Shown piece by piece: positions 26,620 through 36,170 of a stretch of 54,051 bases of DNA. Position 1 is the stretch's first letter, and every line of letters begins with the position of its first letter. A program made the position numbers and the translations under genes. The stretch is taken from contig SFMP01000083.1 of assembly GCA_004554395.1 (NCBI GenBank), forward strand, positions 1 through 54,051, given 5' to 3'. Source of the DNA: Myxococcales bacterium. Lineage in GTDB: Bacteria; Myxococcota_A; Bradymonadia; UBA4248. A model generated the notes under the pieces. The model made no database searches and was not told the origin of the DNA. It saw only the letters and a list, made by a program, of their open reading frames with translations.

Positions 26620-28422
26620 CTAGGCTTCGCCGAGCCCGAGCACGCGGACGACTTCCGACAGCGGGACTTCCATGTTGCCGAGCTTTTGGATGGCGCTCTC
26701 GAGTAGACCGTGCATGCCATCCGAGCGGGCGCAACGCGTGAGCGTTTCGTTATCGGCGGCTTCGTGTACGAGGTGGCGCAAGTTGGTGCCGATTTCGAGA
26801 ATTTCGAATATGCCCGTTTGACCAAACATGCCCGTGTTGCGGCAATCTGGGCACCCCATGCCCTCGCAGACGTTGAGCGCTGTGCGTTGAGTCGAGAGTT
26901 GGTGCAAACCGAGGAGGTGGATTTGATCGTCGGTGAGCGTCGTCTTTTGGCGGCAATTGGGGCAGATCTTGCGGACTAGGCGCTGGGCAACGCATCCGAC
27001 GAGGCACGACGAGAGCAAAAACGGCGGAATGTTGAGGTCGAGCATTCGCGTAATGGCCGATGGCGCGTCGTTGGTGTGGAGCGTCGAAATGACGAGGTGC
27101 CCCGTGAGCGCCGCTTGGACCGCCATGTGAGCCGTTTCTTCGTCGCGAATTTCGCCGACCATGACGACATCGGGGTCTTGGCGCAAAACGGTGCGCAAGG
27201 CGTGGGCGAAGTCGAGCCCGATTTTGGGCTGTACCTGGACTTGATTGAAGTCTTCGTAGACCATTTCGACGGGGTCTTCGATCGTCGTGATGTTGATTTC
27301 GGGCGACGATAGCACGTTGAGCGCACTGTAGAGCGTCGTCGTTTTGCCGCTCCCCGTGGGCCCCGTCACGAGGATGAGACCGTGTTTGGCGGCGATCATG
27401 CGGCGGAACGCCGAGAGCTGTTCCTGCGTCATGCCGAGTCCGTCGATGCCTTGGAACAGGCGGCTGGCATCGAGCACGCGGATGACCATCTTTTCGCCAA
27501 ATGAAACGGGCATCGTCGAAACGCGCAGTTCGACTTCGCGCCCGTTGTATTCGGTTTTAATGCGCCCGTCTTGTGGGCGGCGCTTTTCGGCAATATCCAT
27601 GCGAGCAAGCGTTTTGAGCCGCGAGACGATGGGCGCATGGACGACGACGGGCAACTTGTGAACGGCGTGCAAAACGCCATCGATCCGCAACCGCACGATG
27701 CACTGTTCGCGCTTGGGCTCGAGGTGGATATCGGTCGCGCGCTGGCTAAAGGCGTAGTTGAGAAGGTAATCGACGGCGTTGACGATGTGGCTGTCCGAGG
27801 CGTCGATGTCTTCGAGCTGCCGAATCGACATGAATTGTTCGAGGTTGCCAATCGCAATCTGCGCCTGATTTATCGACGTCGTCTGCTCGGTCGCTGCCGC
27901 CGTCACGCTCGTCTTGAAGCCATAAATCTCGGCAATCGACCGCAAAATAGCCGTTTTCGAAGCCAGCACCGTGGCAATGTCGTAGCGCTGCATCTGGCGC
28001 AACGACCTGACGAGTTCGTCGTTGTGCGGCAACTCAATGGCCACGGTCAAAACGTTCTGGCGCAGCGAAATGGGCAAGACGACGTTCATCTTGGCAAAGT
28101 TCTGGCTAAACGTCTCTGTGATGAGCTTCTGGTCGAGCCGCAACGGGTCGATGCGCAAATACGTCACACCCGTAGCATGCGCCCAAATCTCGACGATTTT
28201 CTCCTCCTCGAGCGCACTCCCATCGGCCGCCACCGCACCCGACGCCATGACGATTTCGACGGGCGACGGCTCGTAGCGCGGCTGCGCCACCTTATCCTTC
28301 TTAATCAGCGCTCGAATCACGCCTTGCCGCACGCGAATCATCTGCGCCTGCTCAAGCGCAATCACGTTTTCGCGCGTTAAAATATCGAGAAGTTCGAGGA
28401 GTGCATTCTGCCGAATATCCAT
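26620..28422 (-). CDS. GspE/PilB-family secretion ATPase (type II secretion / type IV pilus assembly)
   Basis: GPTGSGKTTTLYS, DPDVVMVGEIRDEETA and ISTLHTNDA motifs, plus the tetracysteine CPNC...CPDC. An N-terminal GSPII_E_N-like region. Confidence 0.92.
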   Translation of the reverse strand: MDIRQNALLELLDILTRENVIALEQAQMIRVRQGVIRALIKKDKVAQPRYEPSPVEIVMASGAVAADGSALEEEKIVEIWAHATGVTYLRIDPLRLDQKLITETFSQNFAKMNVVLPISLRQNVLTVAIELPHNDELVRSLRQMQRYDIATVLASKTAILRSIAEIYGFKTSVTAAATEQTTSINQAQIAIGNLEQFMSIRQLEDIDASDSHIVNAVDYLLNYAFSQRATDIHLEPKREQCIVRLRIDGVLHAVHKLPVVVHAPIVSRLKTLARMDIAEKRRPQDGRIKTEYNGREVELRVSTMPVSFGEKMVIRVLDASRLFQGIDGLGMTQEQLSAFRRMIAAKHGLILVTGPTGSGKTTTLYSALNVLSSPEINITTIEDPVEMVYEDFNQVQVQPKIGLDFAHALRTVLRQDPDVVMVGEIRDEETAHMAVQAALTGHLVISTLHTNDAPSAITRMLDLNIPPFLLSSCLVGCVAQRLVRKICPNCRQKTTLTDDQIHLLGLHQLSTQRTALNVCEGMGCPDCRNTGMFGQTGIFEILEIGTNLRHLVHEAADNETLTRCARSDGMHGLLESAIQKLGNMEVPLSEVVRVLGLGEA

Positions 28423-28593
28423 TTATCTACGCTCAAAAAAAATCTCATTCTCTCATCGATGCGCCACGCCGCCACGCCGCGCACCATATAATGCACCTTA
28501 TAATGCACAATTCGAATCGGTTGGGCAATTATCGCCAGTTCTACTTCAGAAAACTGGAATTGTGATGTATGGCGTGCGTGTTTTTGGGGGCTC

Positions 28594-28712
28594 GGCTATT
28601 TCGCCCGTTGGGCTCAATACGCCTCGCGGCTGCGGCTATTTCGCCCGTTGGGCTCAATACGCCTCGCGGCTGCGGCTATTTCGCCCGTTGGGCTCAATAC
28701 GCCTCCGCGGTG
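28594..28712. repeat. Repeat family B array (3 x 40 bp)
   Basis: GGCTATTTCGCCCGTTGGGCTCAATACGCCTCGCGGCTGC units start at 28594, 28634 and 28674. Confidence 0.9.
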
Positions 28713-28732
28713 TGCCCCACCCCCTGCCCCCG

Positions 28733-28892
28733 CCCCACGGGGCGGGGATGGGCGCAAACTGCGCCTAGGCGGCGCAGAATCCAAACCCCACGGGGCGGGA
28801 TACATCAAACTGCGCCTAGGCGGCGCAGAATCCAAACCCCACGGGGCGGGAATGGGCGCGAACTGCGCTGAGACGGCGCAGAATCCAAACCC
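28733..28892. repeat. Repeat family C array (3 x about 52 bp, two hairpins per unit)
   Basis: Units start at 28733, 28786 and 28837. Each contains CCCCACGGGGCGGG and CTGCGCC-TAGGC-GGCGCAG followed by AATCCAAA. Confidence 0.9.
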
Positions 28893-28952
28893 CACGTGAT
28901 ACGTGTAAATCGTTGCGTGATACGTGCAAATCGCCGCGTGATGCGGGCAAAT
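28893..28952. repeat. Short tandem repeat of about 19-20 bp, 3 copies
   Basis: CGTGATACGTGTAAATCGTTG, CGTGATACGTGCAAATCGCCG and CGTGATGCGGGCAAAT. Confidence 0.8.
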
Positions 28953-29006
28953 AGAGAAAAAACCATCAATACAGAGAATTGAATCGAAGAACGAAAAGGA
29001 GTCGAG

Positions 29007-29621
29007 ATGAATCGAAGCATCATTTTGGCATCGGCGTCGCCACGTCGAAAGCAATTGTTGGAATCGGCGGGGATCGTGGCAACGGTAGAAGTCGCCGATA
29101 TCGACGAATCGCATGGCGATGGCGAAAAAGCCGCCGATTACGTGGCGCGCATGGCGTACCAAAAAGCCGAAGCCGTCGTGCGGCGACATTTGAGCGATAA
29201 ATCGACCGATAAATCGGTCGGATTGGATGTCGTCGTCGTCGCCGCCGATACGATCGTCGTCGTCGATGGCGTGATATTGGGCAAGCCCGCGTCGCGCGAC
29301 GAGGCGTTTTCGATGCTCAAAAGGCTCGTGTCGCGTCGTCACGACGTCATGACAGCGGTGGCCATCGCCGATTTGGCAGGTCGTGCTCCAAAGTGGCAAC
29401 GATTCGTCGTGACGACGCATGTCGAATTTGGCGACGTCGACGACGCGCGACTTTGGGCATATATTGACTCGGGTGAACCGATGGATAAGGCTGGGGCGTA
29501 TGGGATTCAGAGCGGTGCGGCATCATTCGTGCGCTGTATCGAAGGATCGTATACGAATGTCGTTGGGCTACCCCTATACGAAACGGTGAGCGCACTCGCG
29601 GATTACACGTGCGCCAAATAG
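29007..29621 (+). CDS. maf: Maf-like nucleoside triphosphate pyrophosphatase
   Basis: IILASASPRRKQLL, VVAADTIV, a single KP dipeptide (GKPASRDEAF) and AGAYGIQ motifs. AAAGGAG RBS upstream. Confidence 0.92.
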   Translation: MNRSIILASASPRRKQLLESAGIVATVEVADIDESHGDGEKAADYVARMAYQKAEAVVRRHLSDKSTDKSVGLDVVVVAADTIVVVDGVILGKPASRDEAFSMLKRLVSRRHDVMTAVAIADLAGRAPKWQRFVVTTHVEFGDVDDARLWAYIDSGEPMDKAGAYGIQSGAASFVRCIEGSYTNVVGLPLYETVSALADYTCAK

Positions 29622-29813
29622 TTCGATCGATGCTAGCACCGATGGGGCAGGAGTACCGCTCTGACGCGGTGCAACATGCGTCATAATAAGCAATGGTGGG
29701 GTTTTGAACGTTGCGTGCTTTTGTCCTAATCGATATTATAAGCGGCAACGGAGGATGGTTTTGGCGAATGCTAGGCGTTGTTGGCATGGCGTCGCAATAT
29801 AGAGGAAGAAATC

Positions 29814-30896
29814 GTGAAAAAGCGCTTTAGAAACGTCGTTTTGTTATGTGCTTGTGCATTGTCGATCGTGGCATTGGGCGGTTGTTCGATGCAGAAGATG
29901 GCGGGCAATGCCGTCATTGAATATTCGCACGACGAAGCGATACCGTATTTGATGTCGCAAGGCGATTTGGCATCGGCGTGCCAAATGGGGCAGGCGATGG
30001 GACCCGTGCTCATGTCGTTTCATCGCGTTGGGCTCGATCCGGCACAAATCGGGATCGGTACGCACATGGCGGCCGGAATGTGTGCCGAAATGGATCAACG
30101 CGAGCACGAATTGGCGCGATATCGGGCACTTTATGAGCAACGATCGACCGAGGCACAAGACGCCCTTGTGCGCGAAAAACAGGCGCACAGCCTCGCTGCG
30201 AGCCGCATGATATTGGCGTATGAGAATGCCGTTGCCGCCTATGGCGATTTGAGCGAAAAATGCCCAGAATACAAAAACGATACCGATGCCCTGCTTTCAT
30301 TATTGGGGCTAGCCTCGGGCGCTTTGGCGATTTTGCACGATTTTAATAGTGAAAAAGCCGTGGGCATATCGCTCGATATACCTGGCAAGATCGAAAAAGG
30401 CGCACAATGTTTCGACGACGATAAGTGGTGGGGAATGCCGACGGCACTTCGCGCCGCCATTTGGTTGAGCATCCCCGGGAGTGGTCCCGAGGGCGTCGAT
30501 CCGATCGAGGCCATGAAAACGGCGGCGGCAAAAGGCGATGCGCAAGGCGTATTTTTGGCACGAGCTATGCAAATCATGATGTTGGCGACGGTCGGTCAGC
30601 CCGAAAACATGTGCCAATCGATGACCGAATCGAAGCTCAAAGACGGCAGTGGCGACTTCGCCATGCTCAATGCCTACGCGCGAAGCATGATTCAGCATCA
30701 AGCCGATATTTCTTGGACAAAAGCCAAGGGATATCGAGCTCCGCTCAATTGGGCACAATGCCCCGTTGCCGAGGCGGCGAGTACGATGGACGAAGAAAAA
30801 GCCAACGATTTGCTCGAAGGCTTATTCGACGATGAAGACGTCGACGCCGTCGAAACGCCGGCGGATGCAGTTCCTGCCGAAACACCTACAACCTAA
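29814..30896 (+). CDS. Hypothetical lipoprotein
   Basis: The GTG at 29814 has AGAGGAAG upstream and lies within ORF 29778..30896. VKKRFRNVVLLCACALSIVALGGC contains a lipobox. Acidic C-terminal tail. No family recognised. Confidence 0.65.
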   Translation: MKKRFRNVVLLCACALSIVALGGCSMQKMAGNAVIEYSHDEAIPYLMSQGDLASACQMGQAMGPVLMSFHRVGLDPAQIGIGTHMAAGMCAEMDQREHELARYRALYEQRSTEAQDALVREKQAHSLAASRMILAYENAVAAYGDLSEKCPEYKNDTDALLSLLGLASGALAILHDFNSEKAVGISLDIPGKIEKGAQCFDDDKWWGMPTALRAAIWLSIPGSGPEGVDPIEAMKTAAAKGDAQGVFLARAMQIMMLATVGQPENMCQSMTESKLKDGSGDFAMLNAYARSMIQHQADISWTKAKGYRAPLNWAQCPVAEAASTMDEEKANDLLEGLFDDEDVDAVETPADAVPAETPTT

Positions 30897-30952
30897 ACTG
30901 CGCAATTTTTCGATTTAACCGCGCAATGCTTGAGAAATGAGGAGCAATCTCA

Positions 30953-31957
30953 ATGAAAAAGTCATTAGCATTATCGGCCTTTTTGATGGCGTCACTCGTT
31001 GGACTATCGGCACAAGCCGGTGAATCGCGCACGCTGTGCGTCTACGATCCATCGGGCGCCAATGGCGATGCTTATGCGACGATGAAAGAATACCAAGTGG
31101 CGGCATCGCAATGGGGAATCGATTTCGATCTCAAGCCGTATACAAACGAAAAGACGGCGAGCGACGATTTCAAGGCGAAGAAATGCGACGCCGTCTTTTT
31201 GACGGGGTTGCGAGCACGCAATTTCTCGAAATTTGCCTCGACGCTCGAAGCCATGGGTGCATTGCCGAGCTACGACCTATTGGGCGATGCCATCGCTCTA
31301 TTGGCGCAACCCAAGGCGGCGAAATTGCTCAAAAATGGCGCCTACGAAACGGTCATGGTCATGCCCATGGGCGCCGTCTATCTCATGGTTCGCGATCGAT
31401 CGTGGAAATCGATCGAAGATATCGCAGGCAAACGCATCACGACGATCGACTTCGACGAAGCCGCGATTCACATGGTCAAATTGTCGGGCGCATCGATGGT
31501 CTCGGCCGATATTTCGACATTTGCGGGCATATTTAACAACGGTGCCGCCGATATTTGTTACTCCCCGACGACGGCGTTTAAGCCGCTCGAACTCGAAAAA
31601 GGCGTCAAAGAAAAAGGCGGTATCGTTCGGTATCCGATTGCACAGCTGACGGGGCAAATCTTGACGCATGCCGATCGATTCCCCGCCGATTTCGGCGAAA
31701 AATCGCGTCAATACGGATCGGAAAACTACAAGAAGATATTGCAACTTTCGACGAAATCCGAAGCCGATATCAAAGATTCGTATTGGATCGACATTACAAA
31801 AGCCAACAAAGATCGATACGATCAAATCTTCCTCGACGTCCGCGTCAAATTGCGCGACGATGCCAAAGTCTACGATAAATCGATGCTTTCGTTGATGCGC
31901 CGTTTGCGCTGTAGCGCCGATAAAACGCGTAGTGAATGCGCTCAAAAACGCGAATAG
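30953..31957 (+). CDS. Secreted protein, possibly periplasmic solute-binding-like
   Basis: Signal peptide MKKSLALSAFLMASLVGLSAQA. The alternating alpha/beta pattern resembles substrate-binding proteins. The family call is weak. Confidence 0.65.
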   Translation: MKKSLALSAFLMASLVGLSAQAGESRTLCVYDPSGANGDAYATMKEYQVAASQWGIDFDLKPYTNEKTASDDFKAKKCDAVFLTGLRARNFSKFASTLEAMGALPSYDLLGDAIALLAQPKAAKLLKNGAYETVMVMPMGAVYLMVRDRSWKSIEDIAGKRITTIDFDEAAIHMVKLSGASMVSADISTFAGIFNNGAADICYSPTTAFKPLELEKGVKEKGGIVRYPIAQLTGQILTHADRFPADFGEKSRQYGSENYKKILQLSTKSEADIKDSYWIDITKANKDRYDQIFLDVRVKLRDDAKVYDKSMLSLMRRLRCSADKTRSECAQKRE

Positions 31958-31994
31958 CTATGCCGCGCGCATCGAGCGCGGAACTCGTGAAATA

Positions 31995-32019
31995 AACCGC
32001 GCCTCGAGCGCGGTTTTTT
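31995..32019 (+). terminator. Rho-independent terminator
   Basis: AACCGCGC-CTCGA-GCGCGGTT followed by TTTT. Confidence 0.75.
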
Positions 32020-32162
32020 GTTACGCATAGGGCGAAAATGGGATTTTTGCGCGTGTTCATGCTATTGCGCACGGCGCGGCGTTTGTGCTATGCAAGCGCG
32101 GTTATTCGCCTCAAAACAGTATCTTCGTTGGCGTAATTCGTATTCAGAGAGCGTTTTTGGTC

Positions 32163-35100
32163 ATGTCAGACGTCGTAAAACCAGATCTTCCCAATCCAGG
32201 TGACCGGTTAGCCGATCGCTATACGATAATTCAGCGGGTAAGCCTTGGCGGTTTTGGTGCGGTTTATCGCGCATTACAAGACAATCTTGGCCGCGATATC
32301 GCGCTCAAAGTTTTGCTCCCCGATGTCGTGTCGAATAACGCCGACTACGTCGAGCAATTTCGCCAAGAAGCACTTCTGACGAGTCAGTTACGCCACCCCA
32401 ACACGATAACGATATTCGACTATGGTCAAACCGAGACGGGGTTGTTGTTCCTCGTCATGGAATGGCTCGACGGCAAGACGTTGACCGAAGTGCTCAAGAA
32501 TGAGGGCGCTCTGAGCTACGATCGCTGTTTGCACATCAGTCAACAAATCCTCAAATCGTTGAGCGAAGCCCACGAGCGCGGGATGGTTCACCGCGACCTC
32601 AAACCATCGAACTTGATGTTGTGCGTGCAATATGGCGAGCAAGATTTCGTCAAAGTCTTGGACTTCGGACTCGTCAAGAATTTGTCGGATGAAACGCTGA
32701 GCATTCGCGGCAAAGCCGTCGAAGCGCCGCATTTTACGGCAAAGCGTCGCGCACCCGGGACGCCGCACTATATGGCTCCCGAGCAAGCCATGGGCAAGGG
32801 AACGACGACATCGGCCGACGTCTATGCCTTTGGTCTCATCCTCTACGAAATGCTCACCGGGAAACGCGCATTCGATGGCACCGACAAGATGGAAGTCTTG
32901 CTCAAGCAAGTGCGCCAACCTTGTCCGCCTCTGCCCGATGAACTCGTCGATACGTTCTTGGGCAAAGTCGTCGCCCAATGCGTCGAAAAAGATCCGCTCA
33001 AGCGTCCGCAAAGCGCGACAGCGCTTTTGCGCGACTATCAATTGAACGAAGAAACGCGCGGCATAGAAATTCACAACGGCGATTTCGAAGCACAAGCTCG
33101 CTGGAAATCGCTCGCCGAGCCGCGCGTCGTCTCCGATGTGAGTAGCTCGCTCAAAGAAATCTTCGTCGGGCGACGCGACGAAGTCGATGAATTCCGTTCG
33201 ATCATCGAAAAGGGCATTGCCGAACGACAAGGCACGACTTTCGTCGTCACCGGTACGACGGGTATCGGCAAAACGGCTCTCGTCAATAAGTTTGCCGATA
33301 TCTTCTTAGAAGTATCGCATGGACTTCGGATAAGTACGGCATTTTTGCCGCAAAATTACTTGTCGTTCTCGGCGATTCGATTTGCATTGCGCAAATTCCT
33401 CAACGTCGCCTCGGACGATGCCTCGGTGGCGCAAGTCGAAATTAAGCGCGCTTTGTCGCGCTACGAAATCAGCGATTCTTATCTCGTGACGTTTTTGACG
33501 CACTTCATCGTCGGGAAATATGGGCAATCGGGCGATGAACGCGAGCAAGCCGAATTGCGTTTGGAAGAGTTTTTCGATGCGCTTTCGCGCGTCGCCCCCG
33601 TCATGTTATCGGTCGAAAACATCCATTGGGCCGATACCGACAGCTTGAATTTGCTCTGGAAACTGGCGCTTGCCGTCGTCTCGAAACATCGCCCGTTTTT
33701 CTTGGTCGCGACGTTCCGCCACCAAAAACTCGCCGCTAATCGCGAGCTTCAAATGCTCCTCGAGCGATTCAATCGCCTCGAACACGTCTATTATCGCGAA
33801 ATGCAGCTCGCTTGGCTCAACAAAAAAGATTGCGCCGCGATTATCGAAAACGCCGTCAAAATGCAACGTCCGATGGCGAATCAGTGCATGCAATTGTCAA
33901 AGGGCAATCCGCTCTTCCTCAATCTCGTCTTGCGCTATATCGTCGACGAAAAACAAACCCTAGGGGCCGATGAGGCTCAAAAACTCGTCATTCCCAATTC
34001 GATCGAACGCATATCGCTCAAGCGCATCGATCAGATCGTTCGCAAATACAATCAGCCCGAATTCCGCGAGATCTTGCGCCATGCCGCCCTCATCGGCGAG
34101 ACCTTTTCACTTGCCACGGTCGAAACGCTCCTGCGTCGCGATGGCAAATATTCGCTATTGGATTGTACGAGTCGAGCGCTCGAAGTTTGGCGTCGCGAGG
34201 GGATCTTGCGCCGTCAATGGGACGCCGATATGTCGTTTGAATTTATCCATCCGCATATCGTCGAATTCTTCAACATCGATTCGACACCCGAGCTCCATCT
34301 CAACGTGGCGCGCACGAAAGAAGCACTCAGCGAGACCGATCTCTATATCGATTACGAAGATATTGCGCGCCACTTTAAGCTGGCTGGCGATAAGAAAAAC
34401 GCGCTTCGATTTTTGGATTGCGCCGCAAATGCCGCACTTCAGAACACGAATTTGCTCAAAGCGCGACTGCTCTACGAAGAAATGTTGCCGCTATTCGAAG
34501 CCGATGAATCGATCGAGCGACAAAAGAACGTCTATCATCAATTGGGCGATTTGACGTTGCGTTTATCGGAGTTTGGACCGGCAAAAGACTATTTGCAAAA
34601 GACGGTTCAGATCTCTCAAGAATCGGGCGATCATCAGCTCGAAGGGTTGGCTTATTGCGGGCTTGCCGAACTCGCTTTGGCCCAAAACCAACTCGAAGAA
34701 GCGAGCTCGAATTATACGCGAGCTAAAAATACCCTTACGGCCGACGATCCAAGCGTTCAGAGCAAGCTCCTACTCGGCATGGGCAAACTATCGAAGCTCA
34801 AGGCCGACTGGCAAGCCGCACTCGCTTGTTTCCAAAAGGCATACGATTACAGTTCGAATGCGGCGAATTTCGATCTCATGGCGAGTGCGCTCTACGAGCT
34901 CGGCGTCATCTATTTGTCGTTGGGCGTCGTTCGCCAAGCGCACGAATGCTTCGTCGCCGCACAAAAGAATTATCAGACCGTGGGAAATACGGCCGACGAA
35001 GCAAGCGTATTGCTCGCTCTTTCCAAGACATACGGCATATTTATGCGCCCCGACGATGCGCATATCTCGAATGAGTCGGCCATCGAAATCTATCAAAAAT

Positions 35101-35951
35101 TGGGCGATCAACTCGGGTTTGCCAATGCTCTTGCACAGATGGCTGAAATCAACATTCAGCAACTCATCTACGACGAAGCGCAAAAGTTCACGCTTCGCAG
35201 CATGCCCATCTTCAAAGATTTTCACGATGCCCTGGGCAATGCCCGTTGCCAATCGCTATTGGCGCAAATCGAGCTGGCTCATTGTCAACTCGACAATGCC
35301 ATGACTTTGGCTGAACAAGCATTCGAACAGTACAAAAAGACCGATAAATTCAATGCCCAAGTCGATTTGTCGATATTTATCGGCACGGTTCAGACGTATC
35401 AGAACAAATTCGATATGGCACAAGCCAGCTTGAACCAAGCAGAAATGTTGCTCGATATCCATCAATCGAATGCGAGTCGCCCAGAGCTCTATAATGCGAT
35501 GGGGCTTTTGTACGAATGTCGAGGCGATTTTGCAAATGCCGACCGATATTATCGCATGGCGCAAGATACGGCTCAGTCGATGGAATACCTCGAACAAGTT
35601 TACGTGGCGCGGATGAACGTCATCAAGGTCAACATGTTCTTTACGCCAGGGCGTTGGTACTACGATGAATTGCTCAAGATAGCGAATGAATCGCGTACCT
35701 ATGGCCTCAAAAATGCCCAGATTCACGCGTTGTTGTTTATCGTGTGGTTCGAGGGGGTCTATGGCGAGCAACGCACCTGGGAGAATCTCATGGGCGAATT
35801 GACGCGATTCGTCCAAATACAGCGATTGCCAGTGCAAGGGCTATTGCGTCGCTTCGAATTCGACGTCGACGTTTTGAAATACGTCGGTGCCGACTTATCG
35901 GCCGCATTGCGCCGTAGCGCAGGATGGATTCGACAGTATTTGTGTCCGTAG
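32163..35951 (+). CDS. Ser/Thr protein kinase fused to an AAA_16-type STAND-like ATPase and TPR repeats (PknK/MalT-like architecture)
   Basis: The ATG at 32163 lies within ORF 32085..35951. HRDLKPSNLM, DFGLV and GTPHYMAPE kinase motifs. Walker A GTTGIGKT. SVENIHWAD is Walker B-like. The C-terminal half is long and TPR-like. Confidence 0.9.
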   Translation: MSDVVKPDLPNPGDRLADRYTIIQRVSLGGFGAVYRALQDNLGRDIALKVLLPDVVSNNADYVEQFRQEALLTSQLRHPNTITIFDYGQTETGLLFLVMEWLDGKTLTEVLKNEGALSYDRCLHISQQILKSLSEAHERGMVHRDLKPSNLMLCVQYGEQDFVKVLDFGLVKNLSDETLSIRGKAVEAPHFTAKRRAPGTPHYMAPEQAMGKGTTTSADVYAFGLILYEMLTGKRAFDGTDKMEVLLKQVRQPCPPLPDELVDTFLGKVVAQCVEKDPLKRPQSATALLRDYQLNEETRGIEIHNGDFEAQARWKSLAEPRVVSDVSSSLKEIFVGRRDEVDEFRSIIEKGIAERQGTTFVVTGTTGIGKTALVNKFADIFLEVSHGLRISTAFLPQNYLSFSAIRFALRKFLNVASDDASVAQVEIKRALSRYEISDSYLVTFLTHFIVGKYGQSGDEREQAELRLEEFFDALSRVAPVMLSVENIHWADTDSLNLLWKLALAVVSKHRPFFLVATFRHQKLAANRELQMLLERFNRLEHVYYREMQLAWLNKKDCAAIIENAVKMQRPMANQCMQLSKGNPLFLNLVLRYIVDEKQTLGADEAQKLVIPNSIERISLKRIDQIVRKYNQPEFREILRHAALIGETFSLATVETLLRRDGKYSLLDCTSRALEVWRREGILRRQWDADMSFEFIHPHIVEFFNIDSTPELHLNVARTKEALSETDLYIDYEDIARHFKLAGDKKNALRFLDCAANAALQNTNLLKARLLYEEMLPLFEADESIERQKNVYHQLGDLTLRLSEFGPAKDYLQKTVQISQESGDHQLEGLAYCGLAELALAQNQLEEASSNYTRAKNTLTADDPSVQSKLLLGMGKLSKLKADWQAALACFQKAYDYSSNAANFDLMASALYELGVIYLSLGVVRQAHECFVAAQKNYQTVGNTADEASVLLALSKTYGIFMRPDDAHISNESAIEIYQKLGDQLGFANALAQMAEINIQQLIYDEAQKFTLRSMPIFKDFHDALGNARCQSLLAQIELAHCQLDNAMTLAEQAFEQYKKTDKFNAQVDLSIFIGTVQTYQNKFDMAQASLNQAEMLLDIHQSNASRPELYNAMGLLYECRGDFANADRYYRMAQDTAQSMEYLEQVYVARMNVIKVNMFFTPGRWYYDELLKIANESRTYGLKNAQIHALLFIVWFEGVYGEQRTWENLMGELTRFVQIQRLPVQGLLRRFEFDVDVLKYVGADLSAALRRSAGWIRQYLCP

Positions 35952-35992
35952 GAGTCGACAGACGAGAGCCGAACGAGGACGTTGAGAATCGT

Positions 35993-36036
35993 AGCCTTAT
36001 TTGCGTGCGTTCGCCGCGCGAATAGGGCTTTTTTTG
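35993..36036 (+). terminator. Rho-independent terminator
   Basis: An AGCCTTATT...AATAGGGCT stem (one G-U pair) followed by T7. Confidence 0.6.
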
Positions 36037-36170
36037 GCACTTTTTTCGGAGAGAACACGAAAAGCGCATGAGTCGTCGATATTTGATTGATAGAGAATGA
36101 TGCGTGCGATAAAGTGAAATGTGGTGTGCGATGATTTAGGTTTTGTGCATTGGTGAGAGAGCCTAAGCTT

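Noticed and set aside
28562-28899. ORFs 28562..28768, 28569..28871, 28648..28899 and 28614..29420 across the repeat arrays
   Set aside because: Their translations simply mirror the tandem repeats. The minus-strand one also runs antisense through maf.
28594-28952. A possible CRISPR array, given the regular 40-53-bp periodicity with hairpins
   Set aside because: Units are directly adjacent with no unique spacers. Three different unit types occur back to back, and no cas genes are in the window.
29783-29800. A sigma-54 promoter-like TGGCAT...CGCA upstream of the lipoprotein gene
   Set aside because: The GG to GC spacing is 9 rather than 10 nt, and the element sits only about 14 nt from the start codon.
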